This document shows, one piece after another, positions 59,708 through 64,000 of a stretch of DNA of 64,000 bases (positions are counted from its first letter, which is position 1; each line of letters opens with the position of its first letter). Made by a program: the position numbers and the translations under genes. The DNA is from Burkholderiales bacterium. GTDB lineage: Bacteria > Pseudomonadota > Gammaproteobacteria > Burkholderiales > Casimicrobiaceae. The DNA is taken from assembly GCA_017989135.1 (NCBI GenBank), contig JAGNQL010000002.1, forward strand, positions 1,385 through 65,384. Reading direction: 5' to 3'. The notes beneath the pieces were generated by a model. The model had not been told where the DNA came from. It did no database searches and saw only the letters and a program-made list of their open reading frames with translations.

Positions 59708-60760
59708 TTACTTTGTAGAAGTGTTTATGACGAGGCCCGTAAGGCCGGATTCGACGATGGCTTCGGTGATGCGCAGGTTCTCGCAGCCATCGCGCGCAGT
59801 GACAATCGGTGCAACTTCACCGCGCACCACCGCCCCGAAGTGTTCAAGCTGGCGCGCAAGCGGGTCTTCCCGAGTGACGTCGGCGGTCGAAACCTCGAAG
59901 GGTTTCCACCATGAACGATCTTCCTCCGTGGCGTAGGTTTTCAGTCGCATCGTCGGCACCGATAGGGATCCAAATGTCCCAGTGATTACGTAGCAGTCTT
60001 CATCGTCGTAGCTCGAATACGCCTTGTTTTCCTGCGAGGTCTGTTCCCAACTGCGCGGGCAGGCCGCCGTGTCTGACAGCATGAATGTGCCGAGCGCACC
60101 GCTCGCGAAGCGGAAATTGATCGCCACCGTGTCTTCAATCGGAAAGCCGCGAATCGCGCTTGACGAAAAGGCCTGCACCGCGACAATGTCACCACAGAGC
60201 ATGCGAAGGTTGTGCACCTCGTGGATCATGTTCAGGAGGATGGGGCCCGCGCCAACCTGCTTGCGCCAGGGGTTGTCTTCAAAGTAATGGTCGGGTTTGA
60301 AGAAGACCGCGCTGCCCATCACGCCAACCAGTCGACCGAGTTTGCCCGAGTCGACGATTTCCTTCGCCTTCGCCATGATCGGGCTGTGCGCGCGGTGGTG
60401 CCCAATGAGGACGGTGGCGTTCTTTGCTTCGACGTTGCGAACTAGTCGCTCGCCCTCAGCCAATGTGGTGGCAATGGGCTTTTCGAGCAGCATCGGCAAC
60501 CCCGCATCGATGCAAGTCATTGCGTGATCGACGTGAAACTGATTGGGCGTAGCGAGGATAACGCCATCGGGAGGTGCGTTCTTGATGAGTTCGTCCAATG
60601 ACGTAAACAGAGGAACCCCCGCTTTCTCAGCGACGGCACGCGCCGCGGGCGATGGGTCCACAATGGCGGACAGTTCGCACGTGGTGCTGGCTTGGAGGCA
60701 TCCAACGTGCGCGAGGCCAATGTAGCCGGCACCTGCTACTGCGATTTTTTGTTTATGCAT
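59708..60760 (-). CDS. Gfo/Idh/MocA family oxidoreductase
   Basis: IAVAGAGYIG, ATPNQFH, EKP, GHHR, GPILLNMIHEV. Confidence 0.9.
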   Translation of the reverse strand: MHKQKIAVAGAGYIGLAHVGCLQASTTCELSAIVDPSPAARAVAEKAGVPLFTSLDELIKNAPPDGVILATPNQFHVDHAMTCIDAGLPMLLEKPIATTLAEGERLVRNVEAKNATVLIGHHRAHSPIMAKAKEIVDSGKLGRLVGVMGSAVFFKPDHYFEDNPWRKQVGAGPILLNMIHEVHNLRMLCGDIVAVQAFSSSAIRGFPIEDTVAINFRFASGALGTFMLSDTAACPRSWEQTSQENKAYSSYDDEDCYVITGTFGSLSVPTMRLKTYATEEDRSWWKPFEVSTADVTREDPLARQLEHFGAVVRGEVAPIVTARDGCENLRITEAIVESGLTGLVINTSTK

Positions 60761-60787
60761 GGAATGACTGAGTCCTATGCGCCGATA

Positions 60788-61522
60788 TCAATTGACGACA
60801 AAGCGAACGATCATTTCAATGATGTTCGCTCGCCGTGCCGCGAGCGCTTTAGTGGTGTGACTCCCCCGCTTGAAGATCAAGTCGAACGTGTGTCGGTTTG
60901 ATACGTTGTAGAACGTGAGCGCTGAGATAGACGCGTGAATATCCATCGGATCGAGCTGCGCGCGAAAGCCCCCCTCTGCGAGGCCGCGCTCGTAGAGCTT
61001 GCGCAACGTATCGATCACCGATACGTTTAGCTTTTGAATAAGTTTGCTTTGCGCGAGATATTCGCCGCGCTGCATGTTCTCGGACATCACCAAGCGGATG
61101 AAATCGGGATTGCCGTGATGATGATCGAAGGTGAAACCAACGAGTTTTCGCAGCGCATCTTCTGGCGACAAATCGTCGAGATTCAATTGCGCTTCGATCG
61201 TACGCATGCGTCGATACGCCTCCTCCAGCACCGCCACGTACAAGCCTTCTTTGCTACCGAAGTAGTAATAGATCATGCGCTTGCTGGTCTGCGTAGCCGC
61301 CGCGATTTCGTCGATGCGCGCACCAGAGAGGCCTTTTTCCGCAAACTCCTTGGTGGCGACGTCGAGGATGCCTGCCATCGTTCGCGCGGGATCATTGGTT
61401 CGGGTGGGGACCGTCGCAGTGCCCGTAGATTTGGCTGCGCGCGGGCGTGCCGCTTTCGCAGCAATGGAAGGCGACGCCGACAAATGTACCGTTTCGTTCA
61501 TTTCGCGAGTATAGGGCACCAT
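60788..61522 (-). CDS. TetR family regulator
   Basis: ILDVATKEFAEKGLSGARIDEIA..SKRMIYYYFGSKEGLY; start may be 61501. Confidence 0.9.
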   Translation of the reverse strand: MVPYTREMNETVHLSASPSIAAKAARPRAAKSTGTATVPTRTNDPARTMAGILDVATKEFAEKGLSGARIDEIAAATQTSKRMIYYYFGSKEGLYVAVLEEAYRRMRTIEAQLNLDDLSPEDALRKLVGFTFDHHHGNPDFIRLVMSENMQRGEYLAQSKLIQKLNVSVIDTLRKLYERGLAEGGFRAQLDPMDIHASISALTFYNVSNRHTFDLIFKRGSHTTKALAARRANIIEMIVRFVVN

Positions 61523-61797
61523 GCTCGTTCGCAGAAACTGACCGGCTCATCCGTAACACGGCTCCTCCACCGACCGTCGTCAACGCGCGCCTGTCGACAC
61601 TGCTGGTTGTGCAACGCAGCCGTCTAGCCTGCGTCCGCTCGCGCTTCAATCATTCGACGACGGCCGCCGCACACAAACTGGCAACACGGGTTACTCGCCT
61701 TGTGAGCGGTCAATATTGTCGGTAAACTGCTTGCGATCCACTCATATAAATGATCTATATGAGTTACCCGTTTTTGTGTTCTTAGGAGGACTGTGTC

Positions 61798-63069
61798 GTG
61801 AAGAAGATGCGAATTGCGGCGATTGCCGCGGGTGTGGCGTTGACCTTGAGCACTCAGGTGTCTGCGCAAGAGTTGCGCGTGCAGTGTTATTCGGACGGCA
61901 ACGAATGCGAAGTAACCGCTGACATTGCCAAGCGTTTTGAGGCAGCGAACGCGGGAATAAAAATTGTCATCGACAAAGTACCGTACAAGGCCGTAGTCGA
62001 GACGCTTCCCGTTCAGCTCGCTGCTGGCGAAGGTCCAGACATCGCACGGGTCACCGATTTGGGCGGCCTCAACAAGTATTACCTTGATCTCACGCCGCAC
62101 CTGACACCGGCGCGCGTGAAAGCGTGGCAAGACAACTTCGCCTCGACGCTGCCTTGGTTCCGCGCAGGACCAGCTGACAAAGGCATCTACGGCATGATGT
62201 CGCAATTGACCGTCACCGGCGGCTTCGTCAATAAGACGCTGTTCGAGCAAGCCAAAGTGCCAATGCCCGGCCCGACGGCAACCTGGGACGATTGGATGGC
62301 GGCATCGAAGAAAGTAGCGGACGCTACCAAAACACCGTTCGCAATGGCAATGGACCGCACAGGGCATCGCTTTGCGCCGCTAGCCGTTGCATACGGCGCG
62401 AAGATTTTCGACGCGAAGGGTGTGCCAGTCATTGACGACGGTTACAAACTCGCCGCGAAAAAATTCGTTGATTGGAACAAAGCTGGCTTGATGCCCAAGG
62501 AAGTGTGGGGTGGCATCGGCGGTTCCGCCTATCGCGATGCATTTGAAGAATTCGCTAACGGCCGCATCGTGATGTACTACTCCGGCTCGTGGCAAGTTCG
62601 CCGCATGGATACCCAGGTGACGAAGTCCTTCGATTGGACGGTAGTGCCAGCGCCGTGTGGCCCGGCGGGTTGCACCGCAATGCCCGGCGGCGCTGCATAC
62701 GTTGGATTGAAGCGCACGAAATCGCCAGCAGCAGTCGCGAAGTTCCTCGACTTCTTGTCGCAAGACGCTAACTACAGCGAAATGATGGCACGCACGGAGA
62801 ACATTCCGGCTCACCTTGGCGTTGCGAAAGCGGGCGTCACGTACAACGTGTCGCCGCTCGCAAAAGCTGCGCTGAACAGCTTCGTCGGCGATGTGGCAAA
62901 GATTCTGAAGCCGAACTTCGATCTGCAAGGCTATCGCCTGAACCGCGCGGTGTTCCAGCCGACCGCTGCACGTTTGGGTCAAGCAGTTGCGGGCGAAATG
63001 TCCACAGACGACGCGTTGAAGCGCCTTGCGGCAGACGTTGACGAACAAGTCAAAGCGGCTAGCAAGTAA
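61798..63069 (+). CDS. Carbohydrate ABC transporter substrate-binding protein
   Basis: RBS AGGAGG; signal peptide; AAGEGPDIARV, FVNKTLFEQA, TWDDW. Confidence 0.9.
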   Translation: MKKMRIAAIAAGVALTLSTQVSAQELRVQCYSDGNECEVTADIAKRFEAANAGIKIVIDKVPYKAVVETLPVQLAAGEGPDIARVTDLGGLNKYYLDLTPHLTPARVKAWQDNFASTLPWFRAGPADKGIYGMMSQLTVTGGFVNKTLFEQAKVPMPGPTATWDDWMAASKKVADATKTPFAMAMDRTGHRFAPLAVAYGAKIFDAKGVPVIDDGYKLAAKKFVDWNKAGLMPKEVWGGIGGSAYRDAFEEFANGRIVMYYSGSWQVRRMDTQVTKSFDWTVVPAPCGPAGCTAMPGGAAYVGLKRTKSPAAVAKFLDFLSQDANYSEMMARTENIPAHLGVAKAGVTYNVSPLAKAALNSFVGDVAKILKPNFDLQGYRLNRAVFQPTAARLGQAVAGEMSTDDALKRLAADVDEQVKAASK

Positions 63070-63087
63070 CCAAACTCGCGTATCCCG

Positions 63088-63125
63088 GGGGCGGCCACAT
63101 TTGATGTGCCCGCCCCTTGTTTTTT
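63088..63125 (+). terminator. Intercistronic stem-loop with T tract after the binding-protein gene
   Basis: ggggcgg-c-cacat-ttg-atgtg-c-ccgcccc followed by ttgtttttt. Confidence 0.6.
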
Positions 63126-63208
63126 GACAGCCAGAGGACTGGCACGCCAGTCACAATAGCGAAGTCACGCCAGCCACACCCGTCCGATATTTTGCGAAAG
63201 CTCGCACG

Positions 63209-64000
63209 ATGAAAACAAGTGCCACCACACCGTGGTTTTTTCTAGCGCCGAACGTCGTCGTGATCTTGCTGTTCACGTTCGTGCCCATCGCCATCAACAT
63301 CTACTACGCGTTTACCGGCGGGGTGAACCTCTACCCAAGTCAACGTCCAAGCGTGGGTGTCGAGAATTTTTCCACGCTCCTTGATTGCGGTTCGTACTTC
63401 GACCCTTCGTCGTGCCGCAAGGACATCTTTTGGCAGGCCATTTGGAATACTGCCAAGTACGCGGTATTCCAAGTGAGTCTCATGGTGCTCTTTAGCCTCA
63501 TCACGGCGCTCGTGCTCAACCGCAAGATCATGGGGCGCGGCTTCTGGCGCGGTGTGTTCTTTTATCCGGTGCTGCTCTCGCCCGTTGTTGTCGCGCTCAT
63601 TTGGAAGTGGATATTGCAGCGCGACGGGTTGCTCAACGCTGCGATGGTCGCGATGGGCTCGCAACCAGTGCTCTGGCTTGCCGAGCCGAACTGGGCCTTT
63701 TTTTGGGTGACCTTCGTGTCAATTTGGGCGCACATGGGGTTCTACACACTCATTTTGCTTGCGGGCCTGCAAGCGATTCCGGGCGATCTGTACGAGGCGG
63801 CACAGCTTGATAAAGCCTCGCCGTGGCGCTCGCTCACGCGCATCACGCTCCCCTTGCTTCTGCCTAACTTGATGGTCGTGTTGGTACTCGCCCTGATCAA
63901 AGCGGTGCAAACGTTCGACGAAGTATTCGTGCTGACAGGGGGCGGCCCAGGATCGGCGACGACACTTGTCGTTCAGTTCATTTACCAAACCGGCTTCGTG
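63209..64000 (+). CDS. Carbohydrate ABC transporter permease (3'-truncated by the window edge)
   Basis: Own translation: MKTSATTPWFFLAPN...GVENF...LAGLQAIPGDLYEAAQLDKAS (EAA loop)...ITLPLL. Confidence 0.9.
   Translation, partial: MKTSATTPWFFLAPNVVVILLFTFVPIAINIYYAFTGGVNLYPSQRPSVGVENFSTLLDCGSYFDPSSCRKDIFWQAIWNTAKYAVFQVSLMVLFSLITALVLNRKIMGRGFWRGVFFYPVLLSPVVVALIWKWILQRDGLLNAAMVAMGSQPVLWLAEPNWAFFWVTFVSIWAHMGFYTLILLAGLQAIPGDLYEAAQLDKASPWRSLTRITLPLLLPNLMVVLVLALIKAVQTFDEVFVLTGGGPGSATTLVVQFIYQTGFV

Overview
GC-rich betaproteobacterial-type chromosomal segment; the lineage is inferred from rpoD followed by tRNA-Ile(CAT), three Bug/TctC-type solute receptors and a divergent Lrp-glmS pair. Core and metabolic content: TraB/GumN (partial), MFP-RND, pcm-rhodanese-tolC, rpoD with a very long Lys/Ala/Pro-rich N-terminal tail, pobA/pobR, a PafA-type phosphatase, fghA, metC, glutathione peroxidase, two peptide-binding proteins, glmS, two GSTs, an hpa homoprotocatechuate cluster, an IclR-Bug-crotonase-acyl-CoA ligase unit, ggt and the start of a sugar ABC operon. 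There are two accessory patches without mobility genes. The first lies after tRNA-Ile: a HipBA-like pair, an orphan PD-(D/E)XK-like gene and a structured non-coding remnant. The second (30.7-38.7 kb) is a defence-like cluster: PHP-ATPase (Ppl/TrlF-like), DUF2130-like, non-canonical Fic and an AbiE-like pair. Intergenic DNA carries several palindromic repeat families. The main unexplained signal is a family of five intergenic 125-127 bp elements. Each is a head-to-head dimer of a ~62-bp arm, divergent in sequence but conserved in length, terminal motif, internal hairpins and a central TYGA-type dyad. All calls come from reading the sequence by eye; no database searches were run.
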